This document shows, one piece after another, positions 49,918 through 62,344 of a stretch of 64,000 bases of DNA. The translations under genes and the position numbers were made by a program. This stretch comes from Octopus vulgaris. Lineage: Eukaryota. Below the pieces are notes generated by a model, which made no database searches, was not told the DNA's origin, and was given only the letters and a program-made list of their open reading frames with translations. Position 1 is the first letter of the stretch; each line of letters opens with the position of its first letter. The stretch covers positions 9,424,001 to 9,488,000 of the forward strand of contig OX597842.1 in assembly GCA_951406725.2 (NCBI GenBank), given 5' to 3'.

Positions 49918-51702
49918 AACAACAAACAAGATGAGGACAAATATCCGTTGAATGTAAATAATGTACAGAATTCCTCATCTCTTAAATATAGAACTGTGAT
50001 ATCATCATCATCATCATTTAACGTCCGCTTTCCATGCTAGCATGGGTTGGACGGTTCAACTGGGGTCTGGGGAGCACGAAGGCTGCACCAGGCCAGTCAG
50101 ATCTGGCAGTGTTTCTGCAGCTGGATGCCCTTCCTAACGCCAACCACTCCGAGAGTGTAGTGGGTGATTTTATGTGCCACCGACACAGGTGCCAGACGAG
50201 GCTGGCAGACGGCCACGCTCGGATATATATATATATTTTTTTTAAATGTTATAAAACGGCAATTAAGTCAGTTTAATTAAATAGTCGTAAAAGTAATCAC
50301 AGGCTCGCTCGTTATTTATAATTCCTTGTTTACAAAAATTCTAAAACGTGCTGATAAACCCTCCAACCTTCTTCAGGTATCTTGGGAGAAATTTCGAATC
50401 TGGATTCTCATTCCTAAGGTATTTTTCGTTGTTATTATTATTATTATTATTGTTATTGTTCAGGTCACTGCTTGGAATCGGACTCCTAAGGTATTCCTAA
50501 ATACCTTAGGAATAAGAACCTAGGTTCAAAATTTCCCCATTATGGAAGCACTCTGTCGGTTATGACGACGAGGGTTCCGGTTGATCCGAATCAACGGAAC
50601 AGCCTGCTCGTGAAATTAACGTGTAAGTGGCTGAGCACTCCACAGACACGTGTACCCTTAACGTAGTTCTCGGGGATATTCAGCGTGACACAGAAAGTGA
50701 CAAGGCCGGCCCTTTGAAATACAGGTACAACAGAAACAGGAAGTAAGAATGAGAGAAAGTTGTGGTGAAAGAGTACAGCAGGGATCACCACCATCCCTGC
50801 CAGAGCCTCGTGGAGCTTTAGGTGTTTTCGCTCAATAAACACTCACAACGCCCGGTCTGGGAATCGAAACCGCGATCCTATGACCGCGAGTCCGCTGCCC
50901 TAACCACTGGGCCATTGCGCCTCCACAAATTTCCCAGAGACACCTGATGAAGGCTGGAAAGTATATCAGCTGAAACGTGTTAACAACAAACAAGATGAGG
51001 ACAAATATCCGTCGAATGTAAATAATGTACATAATTCCTCATCTCTTTAATATAGAACTGTATTATTCATCTTACTTTATAACAGGTCGTAATGCACCTG
51101 AGCACTGTATACAGTTAGTTTATTATTTCTTTACTACCCACAAGGGGCTACACACAGTGAAGACAAACAAGGACAGACAAACGGATTAAGTCGATTACAT
51201 CGACTCCAGTGCGCAACTGGTAATTATTTAATCGACCCCGAAAGATGAAAGGTAAAGTCGACCTCGGCGGAATTTGAACTCAGAATGTAGTGGCAGACGA
51301 AATACCGCTAAGCATTTCGCCCGGTGTGCTAACGATTCTGCCAGCTCACCGCCTTATATCATCATCATTTTCATCATCGTTTAACGTCCGCTTTCCATGC
51401 TGTCATGGGTTGGACGATTTGCCAAAGGTCTGGCAAACCAGATGGCCGCACCAGACTCCAATCTGATCTGGCAGAGTTTCCTAATGCTAACCACTCCGAG
51501 AGTGTAGTGGGTGCTTTTACGTGCCACCGCCACAACGGCCGGTCAGGCAGTACTGGCAGTGGCCACGTTCAAATGGTGCTTTTTATGTGCCACCTGCACA
51601 GGAGCCAGTGCAGCAGCACTGGCAACGACCTCTCTCAAATGTTTTTTCACATGCCATGAGCACAAGTGCCAGTAAGGCAACGCAGGTAACAATTACGCTC
51701 AA

Positions 51703-52302
51703 GGTGGCGAGCTGGCAGAATCGTTATCACGCCGGGCGAAATGCGTAGCCGTATTTCGTCTGCTGTTACATTCTGAGTTCTAATTCTGCCGAGGTCGACT
51801 TTGCCTTTCATCCTTTCGGGGTCGATTAAATAAGTACCAGTTACACACTGGGGTCGATATAATCGACTTAATCCGTTTGTCTGTTCTTGTTTGTCCTCTC
51901 TGTGTTTAGCCCCTTGTGGGTAGTAAAGAAATAGGTATTACGTCTGCCGTTACGTTCTGAGTTCAAATTCCGCCGAGGTCGACTTTGCCTTTCATCCTTT
52001 CGGGGTCGATAAATTAAGTACCAGTTACGCGCTGGGGTCGATGTAATCGACTTAATACCTATGTCTGCCCTTGTTTGTCCCCTCTGTGTTTAGCCCCTTG
52101 TGGGTAGTAAAGAAATAGGTATTACGTCTGCCGTTACGTTCTGAGTTCAAATTCCGCCGAAGTCGACTTTGCCTTTCATCCTTTCGGGGTCGATTAAATA
52201 AGTACCAGTTACACACTGGGGTCGATATAATCAACTTAATCCGTTTGTCTGTCCTTGTTTGTCCCCTCTGTGTTTAGCCCCTTGGGGGTAGTAAAGAAAT
52301 AG
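51703..52302 (+). mobile_element. Same SINE with three 184-bp tandem units
   Basis: Units at 51751, 51935 and 52119; perfect 19-bp TSD AGGTAACAATTACGCTCAA at 51684..51702 and 52301..52319. Confidence 0.85.
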
Positions 52303-52431
52303 GTAACAATTACGCTCAAATGGTGCCTTTTACGTGCCACCGGCACGGACCAGTTGGTTGCTCTGGCAACGATCACGCTTGTATGGTACTCTTAGCACTC
52401 TTATACAATTAGTTTGTTATTAACAACTTAC

Positions 52432-53257
52432 CTGTCTCGAAGAAAGAGTCGTTGAGTCCAAATCTCTTGTGTACGCTATCGACCACCTTGTTCATGTGAT
52501 TACTGTTATAAAACTCGTAGTATTCACTCATGAACGTCATATTCTTCATCATCCTTCTGTATTTGGTGCATGTGTCAAAGAAGCGCATCAGGTGATTGTT
52601 GATACTCTGTTGAGTCATATTCTCAAACACCGACTCATCATACTTGTACTCACTGTCGCTCTCATCACTCATCTTCTGCAGATAGCTCTTCATCCCGTGT
52701 TTGAAAGCCTTCAGGCTTTCACGACACCGCTGCTTGAATGAGCTTATGAACTCCATTGGTAATAAGGTGCCGTTCTGCACGATGAGGTCACTGAAGGTCC
52801 GCGCAAAATCTATGCCGTTGTCGAAATGCTCCCGGGCCCCAAGTTCCAGAAGTAACCCACTGTCTTCTTCGGAGAACGGGCTCTGCCAGTTGCGAAGTTC
52901 CCACGCTAAATGGTTGGATTCATCCGACAAATTGAGTTTATTAAGAAGGCGCTCGATGTTGAACATTGTAGCAATGTCATCACTCCCAGGGTACCGGGAC
53001 CCGTGACGGAGGACTGAATTGATATACACAGCGCTGCAGTTCCTCTGTTCATACTGCACGGTGCTCTGCAAGCCATGGGTGGTACCAAAATAGTCAGATG
53101 CTTCTGGTTTCAACCAGTCATAGGCAGTCTTCGTGGAGAATATTGGTTTTTGGTAAGAGTCATATGTGCGAGGTAAGTCAAGGGTTTCTTCGAGGGTTTC
53201 GCCAAGGGCTGCAGAGAAGCACAGTATGGAAATAAACGGGACCAGGCTGTTTAACAT
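52432..53257 (-). CDS. MINPP1: MINPP1 coding exon 1: signal peptide plus N-terminal half of the histidine phosphatase
   Basis: Acceptor TTTTCTAG at 53281. ATG at 53257 (an alternative in-frame ATG is at 53272) begins MLNSLVPFISILCFSAALG, a signal peptide. The exon encodes FSTKTAY, the catalytic RHGSRYP (52988..53008) and LMRFFDTC. Donor AG|GTAAGT at 52431, phase 1. Confidence 0.92.
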
Positions 53258-54539
53258 GTTGTCACACTGCATACAAGGACCTAGAAAAAAACAAAAAGAA
53301 AAAATATAAGCTGGTTTCAAATTTTGGCACAAGGCCAGCAATTTTGGGGAATATGGGTAAGCCAATTACATTTGCGCCAGGGCTCAACTGGTATTTATTT
53401 TACGACCCCTTTGTGTCTTCTGCTATAGCCTTGGGCTGACCAAAGCTTTGTGAGTAGATTTGGGAGACGGAAACTGAAAGAAGCCTGACATATATATATA
53501 TATATATATATATGTACTTGCCACCAGCACAAGTGCCAGTGCCTTACTGGCACGTGAAAAACATTCAAGCAAGGTCATTGCTAGTGCCACTGGACTGGCT
53601 CCTGTGCAAGTGGCATATAAAAACACCATTTGAACATAGCCATTGCCAGTACTGCCTGACTGGCCCTCATGTTGGTAGCATATAAAAGCACCCACTACAC
53701 TCTCGGAGTGGTTGGCATTAGGAAGGGCATCAAGCTGTAGATGATACATATCATTATCATCATCATCGTTTAACGTCCGCTTTCCATGCTGGCATGGACG
53801 ACTTGACTGAGGTCTGGCGAACCATATGGCTGCACCAGGCTCCAATCTGATCTGGCAGAGTTTCTACAGCTGGATGCCCTTCCTAACGCCAACCACTCCA
53901 AGAGTGTAGTGGGTGCTTTTTATGTGCCACCGGCACGAGGGCCAGCTAGGCGGTAAGGGCAGCAGGGTATGTATGTATGCATGTATATATATGTATGCAT
54001 GTATGTACTATGTATGTATGTAAGTATGTATGTATGCATGCATGCATGTATGTGTATGCATGTATGTGTATGTATGTATGTATCTTTGTATATATCTATG
54101 CGCGTGTGTGTGTGTCTTTGTGCCTGTATTTGACAATTGGTGTTGGTGTTCCCATCTTAAAAAGTACTGGGGTTGATTCAATAAAATTAAAATTCTTGAA
54201 GGCAGTGCTCCAGCATGGCCACAGTCTAATAACCGAAACAAAAAAAAAGTAAAAGATATATTGAGGATTCTCTCCTCATCAGATGATGGTTGAGGGTTCC
54301 ACAGTTTCTTGCTGAACAACCAGAGCAAATAATTCATTCATAGTAAACAAATATAGGTGTAGATTTTAATATGCTAGGCCACTGGTTTTAAATTGATATT
54401 AATCAAATTAATATTCAATTTTTCACCCGCATTTTAAATTTTAATTAGATATATATATATATACACATACACACACATCCATACATATACACATATGTAC
54501 AATATATATATATATATATATACAAATATATATACACAT

Positions 54540-54576
<37 letters not shown>

Positions 54577-54695
54577 CATCCATCCATGTACACACATAAA
54601 CATATATACATATATACAAATATATATATATATATATACACATATATAAAAGTATGCATACATACATATATATATACACATATATAAAAGTATGC

Positions 54696-54763
<68 letters not shown>

Positions 54764-54846
54764 CATCCATATATATGAATATTTAAACACTTAATGCTAA
54801 GAGGAATAAAAAAACGTTTGTAAGCTAGATAGATAGATAGATAGAT

Positions 54847-54877
<31 letters not shown>

Positions 54878-55151
54878 AAGAATGAAAGAAAAATTCGAGA
54901 AGGAAGAGTAAGAGCAAAATGGAGAAGGTGAGAGACAAAGAGAAAGAGAGAAGGAAACAGGAAGCTCTCCTTCTGTGTTTGCACGGGTGTGTGTGTGTGT
55001 GTGTTTGTGTCTCTGTGTCTGTGAGCGCGTGAAAGCAATTTAATATTTTGCCAGACCAAAATCAGCATCTAAAGCAGTCGATATTGACCGATAAATCTTG
55101 TACCAGTGGACGACAAAACAGACCTACCGACATTAACAGATATATAGAATC

Positions 55152-55188
55152 AGAGGAGGAAGAAGAGAAGGAGGAAGAAGAAGAGGAG

Positions 55189-55224
<36 letters not shown>

Positions 55225-55254
55225 AAGGAGGAAGAAGAAGAAGAGGAGGAGGAA

Positions 55255-55286
<32 letters not shown>

Positions 55287-55560
55287 AGAAGAAAAGGAGG
55301 AACAAGAGGGGGAGAGAAGAGAAGGAGGAAGAAGAAGAGGAGGAGGAGGAAGAAGAAGAAAAGGAGGAACAAGAGGGAGAGAGAAGAGAAGGAGGAAAAA
55401 GGAGGAGGAAGAAGAGGAAGAAGAAGAGGAGGATGAAGAAGAGGAGGAGGAAGAGGAAGAAGAAGAAGAGGAGGGAGAAGAAGAGGAAGAGGAAGAAGAA
55501 GAGGAGGGAGAAGAGGAGGAGGCAGAAGAGGAGGGAGAAGAGGAGGGAGAAGAGGAGGAA
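55152..55560. repeat. (GAA/GAG)n purine tract
   Basis: About 400 bp almost purely A/G; source of the poly-E, poly-S and poly-F pseudo-ORFs. Confidence 0.9.
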
Positions 55561-55639
55561 CACACTAACAACTCTTATATCCACCGTGTCTATCTGTATC
55601 TGTGCGTCTGTTCGTCTCTCTCTCTCTCTCTCTCTCCAG

Positions 55640-55880
55640 TCGATGGCTACACACTGCCTACGTCTATCTCGTTGATCAAGATCAGTGCATCCTTGATTAT
55701 CCACCCGGTCAACAACATCTAAAGCACTCCTGTCTTCCCAGTCAGTCAGTCAGCATCCTCGCCCTGCTGTTATGCACCGATGCGCTGATACGTTTGTTCC
55801 TGAAAGCATTTTTCCCTGCATCTCGGTTGTCATGGCGACGGCGCTTCGGCCATTTTTATCTTCTGGTGTTCTTCAGGTAG
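55640..55880. promoter_or_regulatory. Candidate promoter / 5' region upstream of MINPP1
   Basis: A unique, relatively CpG-rich island between microsatellites. It holds an RFX X-box-like palindrome GTTGTCATGGCGAC (55826..55839) and a YY1-like CGGCCATTTT (55847..55856). MINPP1 exon 1 has an acceptor, so a 5' UTR exon should lie upstream. Confidence 0.35.
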
Positions 55881-55932
<52 letters not shown>

Positions 55933-56130
55933 GGTGGTGATGATCATCATCATCATCACCACTGCAGCTTCCATCACCACCATCATCATCATGTTCACTA
56001 TCATCATCATCAGTATTGTCATCATATCCTCATCATGTCATTATCATATAATTATGTCATCATTATCATCATCTTCAGCATCATATTGTCATCAGCACTA
56101 CTGCAACTACCACCACCACCACTACCACCG

Positions 56131-56178
<48 letters not shown>

Positions 56179-56359
56179 TCATCATCGCCACCACATCACA
56201 TCGTCATCATCTGCATTATATCTACTATCATCATCATCATCACCACCACCATCATCATCATCATCATCACCATCATCACCACCACCATCATCATCATCAC
56301 CACCAACATCAACTTCATCATTTCCGTTCAGCCTATCTCACCATCATCATCATATCCTC

Positions 56360-56872
56360 ATCGCTATGGAGATCTTCTGCGTGTTTCCACCATTATATGG
56401 AAAAGGTGCTTGCACTTAGCGGAACATTGCTAGCTAAACAAGAGCTGGCAAGCAACCTACTGCTATGACGGTCAAAGTATGACCATACTTGAACAGGTCA
56501 TCCAAACACAGTGTACGTAGATCAACTCACCAGAGACACTGGATGCCACCCTGAAGACCTCCTTCAACTAATGCAGGAGTGAAATTGATGGTCAGCTTGA
56601 GGCTATAGTAGAAGACACTTGCCCAAGGTGCCAAGCAGTGGGGATGAACCCAGAACCATGCGGTTGGTAAGCAAGTTTCTTACCACAAAGCCACTGAATA
56701 CAAGCCCCACCTCGCTTTGCCTCTCTTTACTTGCTTACCAACCGGATGGTTCTGGGTTCATTCCCACCGCGTGGCACCTTGGGCAAGTGTTTTCTACTAT
56801 AGCCTCGGGCCAACCAAAGCCTTGTGAGTGGATTTGGCAGATGGAAACTGAAAGAAGCCTGTCGTATATATG

Positions 56873-56905
<33 letters not shown>

Positions 56906-58690
56906 ATGTTTGTGTGTCTGTGTTTGTCTCCCCAACATCGCTTGGTGTGTTTATGTCCCCGTAACTAAGCGGTTCGGCAAAAGACACTGATAGAATAAGT
57001 ACTAGGCTTACAAGGAATAAGTCCTGGAGTCGATTTCTTTGACCAGAGGCGGTGCTCCAGCATGGCCACAGTCAAATGACTGAAACAATTAAAAGAGTAA
57101 AGAGATATTTCTTTTCTACCCACAAGGGGCTAAACACAGAGAAGACAAACAAGGACAGACAAACGGATTAAGTTGATTATATCGACCCCAGTGCGTAACT
57201 GGTACTTATTTAATCGACCCTGGACATAAGAGAATGCCACAAAGTACAATGATGCACAATGTAAGGGAAAGGCATTTGTGCTTTGGAGGACATTGCTGAC
57301 AAGGTAAACAAGAGCTGGGAAGTGACCTGCTGCTATGGATGCTGAAGCATGGTCGTACTCGAGCAGGTTATCCGAACACAACACATCAGAGACACTGGAT
57401 GCTTCCCCGAGGACCTCCTCCATCTAATGCAGGATCAAGATTGATGATGTGTGCAGGTAGAAAGGTAAAGAGGGGCAAAGCTTTGGGGTGTTTGAATTCA
57501 GAATGCAGAGAGATGTGAGAGAATACCATAAAGTACAATGATGCACAATGTAAGGAAAAAGGCATTTGTGCTTTGGGGGACATCACTGACAAGTGAAACA
57601 AGAGCTGGGAAGTGACCTACTGCTATGGATGCTAAAGTATGGTCGTACTCCAACTGGTCGTCTAGTACAACTCAGAGACACTGGCTGCCTCTCTGAAGAT
57701 CTCCCTCAACTGAGGCAATGGTAGAGTCAATCCTTTTATGTGGAGCAACAGCCTAGATGTTCACAAAAAATCTAAAATTGAAGCTGGATGGAACTCACAC
57801 CTGAATGCTAAGAGCTGTCCTTAAACATATTTTGTAGAACTCATTTCACCAAGAAACAGCTGAATGGAGATCTCCTGCCCTTTTCCACTATTATAAGGGA
57901 AAGGTGCTTGTGCTTTGAGGGACAAGCTAAACAAGAGCTGGCAAGAGCTTGCTATAAATGCCAAAGCATGGCCATACTTAAACAGGTCACCCAAACTTCC
58001 ATCTGAATGTTAAGTGCAGTCTAAACATATCTTGAAGAACTCATTCCACCAAGAAACAGCTGAATGGAGATCTGCTTATTTCCACCTTCATAAGGGAAAG
58101 GCACTTGTGCTTTGGGGGACATCGCTGACAAGGTAAACAAGAGCTGGCGAGAGATCTATGGATGCTGAAGCATGGTTGCATTCGAGCAGAATGTCTGAAC
58201 ACGACTCATCAGAGATACTTGATGCTTCCCCGAAGACCTCCCTCGGCTCATGCAAAACTGAGACCGATGACATGTAGATAAAAAACATCCAAGCAAGCTT
58301 GACCAGATGAGATGATGACACTAAAAGACTTCTGTAAGATGTTATCTCAATGCCCAAATATGGTTGTACTCCAGCAGGAAGTCCGAACGCAATGTATGAG
58401 GGGGGTGCTGAAAAGTTCCTAGCTTTGGGTAAAAGAAAATTCAGAAGGATTAGTTAATTATGATTCTATCCAAGATATTCCCTTCTCAGATTTACACACC
58501 TATTGCAGCAGTCCTTCAGTTTTTCTAAGCCCTGTAAAAGAACTTGAAATATTGGGCCTCCAGTGAGGCCTTTCATGATACCCTTAAAGCCAGGTAATTT
58601 TCAGCACTCGCTCATAGATCAGTCTCACCAGAAACATTGGATGCCTCCCTGAAGACCTCGCTAAACTAATGCAGGACTGAGGTGGGTCCC
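56360..58690 (+). mobile_element. Cluster of 5-6 decayed 3' fragments of an RTE-like LINE
   Basis: Frameshift-tolerant translation gives KLDGTHT.MLRAVL...TKKQLNGDLLPFSTIIRER...ELASNLLL...VDQLTRDTGCHPEDLLQLMQ, repeated near 56385, 57260, 57550, 57885 and 58085. Interrupted by SINEs and a MITE. Confidence 0.6.
58397..58614. mobile_element. mariner-like MITE
   Basis: Degenerate TIRs TGAGGGGGGTGCTGAAAAGTT / AATTTTCAGCACTCGCTCA with TA flanks. A half copy lies near 4930..5003. Confidence 0.6.
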
Positions 58691-59112
58691 TATGCTAGGC
58701 CTACAGAGAGAATCAGAATATAAGCTGGGCTGCGATGGCCTCTCTCAAGGCACATCATATGGGGGCTCTTAATTGGCACCCTGTTGATTATGATGCTGAG
58801 GGTTCCAGTGGATCCAATCAACAGAACAGCCTGCTCATGAAAGCAATATGCAAGGTGGCTGAGTACTCTACAGACACAATGTGGTTCTCAGGGAAATTCA
58901 GCATGACACAGAGTATGACAAGGCTGGCCCTTTGAATTAGTTACAACTTGTTTTGCCAGCTGAGTATACTGGAGCAGCGTGAAATAAAGTGTCCAGTTCA
59001 GGGACCCAATGTGTCACCAAGGATTGAACTCACTACCATACAATTGTGAGCCAAGTATATTACCCACTAAGCCACACACATTCACTAATTAGTTTAATAT
59101 AACTGAGATAAC

Positions 59113-59278
59113 AGGCACAGGAGTGGCTGTGTGGTAAGTAGCTTGCTAACCAACCACATGGTTCCGGGTTCAGTCCCACTGCGTGGCACCTTGGGCAAGT
59201 GTCTTCTGCTATAGCCTCGGGCCGACCAAAGCCTTGTGAGTGGATTTGGTAGATGGAAACTGAAAGAAGCCTGTCGTA

Positions 59279-59338
<60 letters not shown>

Positions 59339-59550
59339 TGTGTGTGTGTGTACGTCTGTGTGTGTGTGTTTGTCCCCTTAGCATTGCTTGACAAGGGATG
59401 CTGGTGTGTTTACGTCCCCGTCACTTAGCAGTTCGGCAAAAGAGACCGATAGAATAAGTACTGGGCTTACAAAGAATAAGTCCCGGGGTCGATTTGCTCG
59501 ACTAAAGGCGGTGCTCCAGCATGGCCACAGTCAAATGACCGAAACAAGTA
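59113..59550 (+). mobile_element. tRNA-derived SINE family with an internal (TA)n/(TG)n tract (representative copy)
   Basis: Head GGCACAGGAGTGGCTGTGTGGTAAG...GGGTTCAGTCCC, CCTTGGGCAAGTG, tail CTGAAACAAGTAAAA. Other copies near 1779..2118, 4496..4777, 6177..6672, 8098..8451, 11573..12156, 14365..15165, 30023..30390, 36262..36630, 42403..42800 and 56728..57100. Confidence 0.85.
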
Positions 59551-59758
59551 AAAAAAAAAAAAAAAATTCCATCAGTTATGATGACAAGGGTTCCAGTTGA
59601 TCTGATCAATGGAATGGCTCACTTGAGAAATTAATGTACAAGTGGCTGAGTATTCCACAGACATATATACCCTTAACATAGTTCTCAGGGTGATTCAGCA
59701 TGACACAGAATGTGACAAGGCTGGCCCCTTTGAATTACAGGCAGAACTCATTTTTGCC

Positions 59759-61084
59759 GGCGAGCTGGCAGAATCGTTAGCACGCCAGGCGAAATGCTTA
59801 GCGGTATTTCGTCTGCCGTTACGTTCTGAGTTCAAATTCCGCCGAGGTCGACTTTGCCTTTCATCCTTTCGGGGTCGATAAATTAAGTACCAGTTACGCG
59901 CTGGGGTCGATATAATCGACTTAATACCTATGTCTGTCCTTGTTTGTCCCCTCTGTGTTTAGCCCCTTGTGGGTAATAAAGAAATAGGTATTTCGTCTAC
60001 TGCTACGTTCTGAGTTCAAATTCCGCCGAGGTCGACTTTGCCTTTCATCCTTTCGGGGTCGATAAATTAAGTACCAGTTACGCGCTGGGGTCGATATAAT
60101 CGACTTAATACCTATGTCTGTCCTTGTTTGTCCCCTCTGTGTTTAGCCCCTTGTGGGTAGTAAAGAAATAGGTATTTCGTCTACTGCTACGTTCTGAGTT
60201 CAAATTCCGCCGAGGTCGATTTTGCCTTTCATCCTTTCGGGGTCGATAAATTAAGTACCAGTTACGCGCTGGGGTCGATATAATCGACTTAATACCTATG
60301 TCTGTCCTTGTTTGTCCCCTCTATGTTTAGCCCCTTGTGGGCAGTAAAGAAATAGGTATTTTGTCTGCCGCTATGCTCTGAGTTCAAATTCCGCCGAGGT
60401 CGACTTTGCCTTTCATCCTTTTGGGGTTGATAAATTAAGTACCAGTTACGCGCTGGGGTCGATATAATCGACTTAATACCTATGTCTGTCCTTGTTTGTC
60501 CCCTCTGTGTTTAGCCCCTTGTGGGTAGTAAAGAAATAGGTATTTCGTCTACCGCTACGTTCTGAGTTCAAATTCCGCCGAGGTCGACTTTGCCTTTCAT
60601 CCTTTCAGGGTCGATAAATTAAGTACCAGTTACGCACTGGGGTCAATATAATCGACTTAATCTGTCTGTCCTTGTTTGTCCCCTCTGTGTTTAGCCCCTT
60701 GTGGGTAGTAAAGAAATAGGTATTTCGTCTGCCGTTACGTTCTGAGTTCAAATTCCGCTGAGGTCGACTTTGCCTTTCATCCTTTCGGGGTCGATAAATT
60801 AAGTACCAGTTACGCACTGGGATCAATATAATCGACTTAATCTGTCTGTCCTTGTTTGTCCCCTCTGTGTTTAGCCCCTTGTGGGTAGTAAAGAAATAGG
60901 TATTTCGTCTGCCGCTACGTTCTGAGTTCAAATTCCGCCGAGGTCGACTTTGCCTTTCATCCTTTCGGGGTCGATAAATTAAGTACCAGTTACGCGCTGG
61001 GGGTCGATATAATCGACTTAATACCTATGTCTGTCCTTGTTTGTCCCCTCTGTGTTTAGCCCCTTGTGGGTAGTAAAGAAATAG
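59759..61084 (+). mobile_element. tRNA-derived SINE with seven head-to-tail body units (180-185 bp)
   Basis: One head (GGCGAGCTGGCAGAATCG), then units starting GTATTT at 59804, 59988, 60172, 60356, 60540, 60720 and 60900. TSD ACTCATTTTTGCC at 59746..59758 and 61090..61102. Confidence 0.85.
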
Positions 61085-61554
61085 GTACGACTCATTTTTG
61101 CCAGCTAAGTGGACTAGAGTAACATGAAATAAAGTGTCTTGCTCAAGGACAGAACACATTGCTGGGAATTGAACTCACGACCTTATGGTCATGAGCAAAA
61201 TACTCTAACCACTAAACCACGCTCCCTCACAGGGAGCTCCTAAATACAGAAGAAAGAGCATTAATTACCATTAATTAATTGTTCTATGGCACATTAGGAG
61301 AGTGTGTATAAGCATTGATTAAATGCTAAGCGATGTTGCTTAATTGGTGGCTATGAGTTCAATCGCAGGGTCAGTCACGTGAAATATACTTTGGTTCAAA
61401 TTGAACAAGGTGACATCAGGTGACATCACAAACAGGAGGATAATTGATATGAGAACATTACTGGTATGGCCAATGGTATGGGAACGGTCTACTTTGGTCT
61501 GTTAAATAATAATGTTACTGAAGACATGAGGAATAGACACCCAAAGAACAACTG

Positions 61555-61817
61555 CACACTGTATCTACCTATCCAGTCATATATATATACTGTGTCTATC
61601 TATCCAATCAATACATATATATACACAGGGTGTCTATCTCTCCAGTCAATATATATATACACACGGTGTCTATCCAGTCAATATATATATGCACTGTGTC
61701 TATCTATCTAGTATATATATATATACACACAGTGTCTATATATCCAGTCAATATATACACAATGTGTCTATCTATCTAGTATATATATATATATACACAC
61801 TGTTCTATATATCCAGT

Positions 61818-61851
<34 letters not shown>

Positions 61852-62302
61852 TGTCTATCAATCTAGTCAATATATACACACAGTGTCTATATATCCAGTC
61901 AATATATACACACTGTGTCTATCTATCTAGTCAATATATATACACTGTGTCTATCTATCCAGTTAATATATACACACACAGTGTCTATATTCCAGTTAAT
62001 ATATACACACTGTGTCTATCTATCCAGTCAATATATACACACAGTGTCTATCTATCCAGTCAATATATATACAGACTGTGTCTATCTATCCAGTCAATAT
62101 ATATACACACTGTGTCTATCTATCCAGTCAATATATATATACACTGTGTCTATCTTTCCAGTTAATATATATACACACTGTGTCTATCTATCCAGTCTAT
62201 ATATATATACACACTGTGTCTATCTATCCAGTCTATATATATATACACACCGTGTCTATCTATCCAGTCTATATATATATACACACTGTGTCTATCTATC
62301 CA

Positions 62303-62344
<42 letters not shown>

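Larger units (their letters stand above)
48845..51060. mobile_element. Penelope-like cluster with direct and inverted pLTRs in the MINPP1 intron after coding exon 1
   Basis: Seven full or partial copies of the same pLTR in both orientations. ORF N-terminus at 49715..49835. Outer arms are inverted (ORFs 48958..49155 minus and 50326..50523 plus are near identical). Later insertions at about 50003..50220 and 50543..50926. Confidence 0.75.

Noticed and set aside
52409-53365. 318-aa ORF taken as a complete gene
   Set aside because: Its ends run into introns; the exon is 52432..53280 by splice signals and by in-frame joining to downstream exons.
54262-54292. Further hammerhead-like pieces (also near 510..545, 3675..3710 and 35934..35995)
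   Set aside because: Only half of the core is present or stem pairing is missing.
55048-56433. Poly-E, poly-S, poly-M/H/Q ORFs
   Set aside because: Trinucleotide microsatellites; no domain content or supported splice structure.
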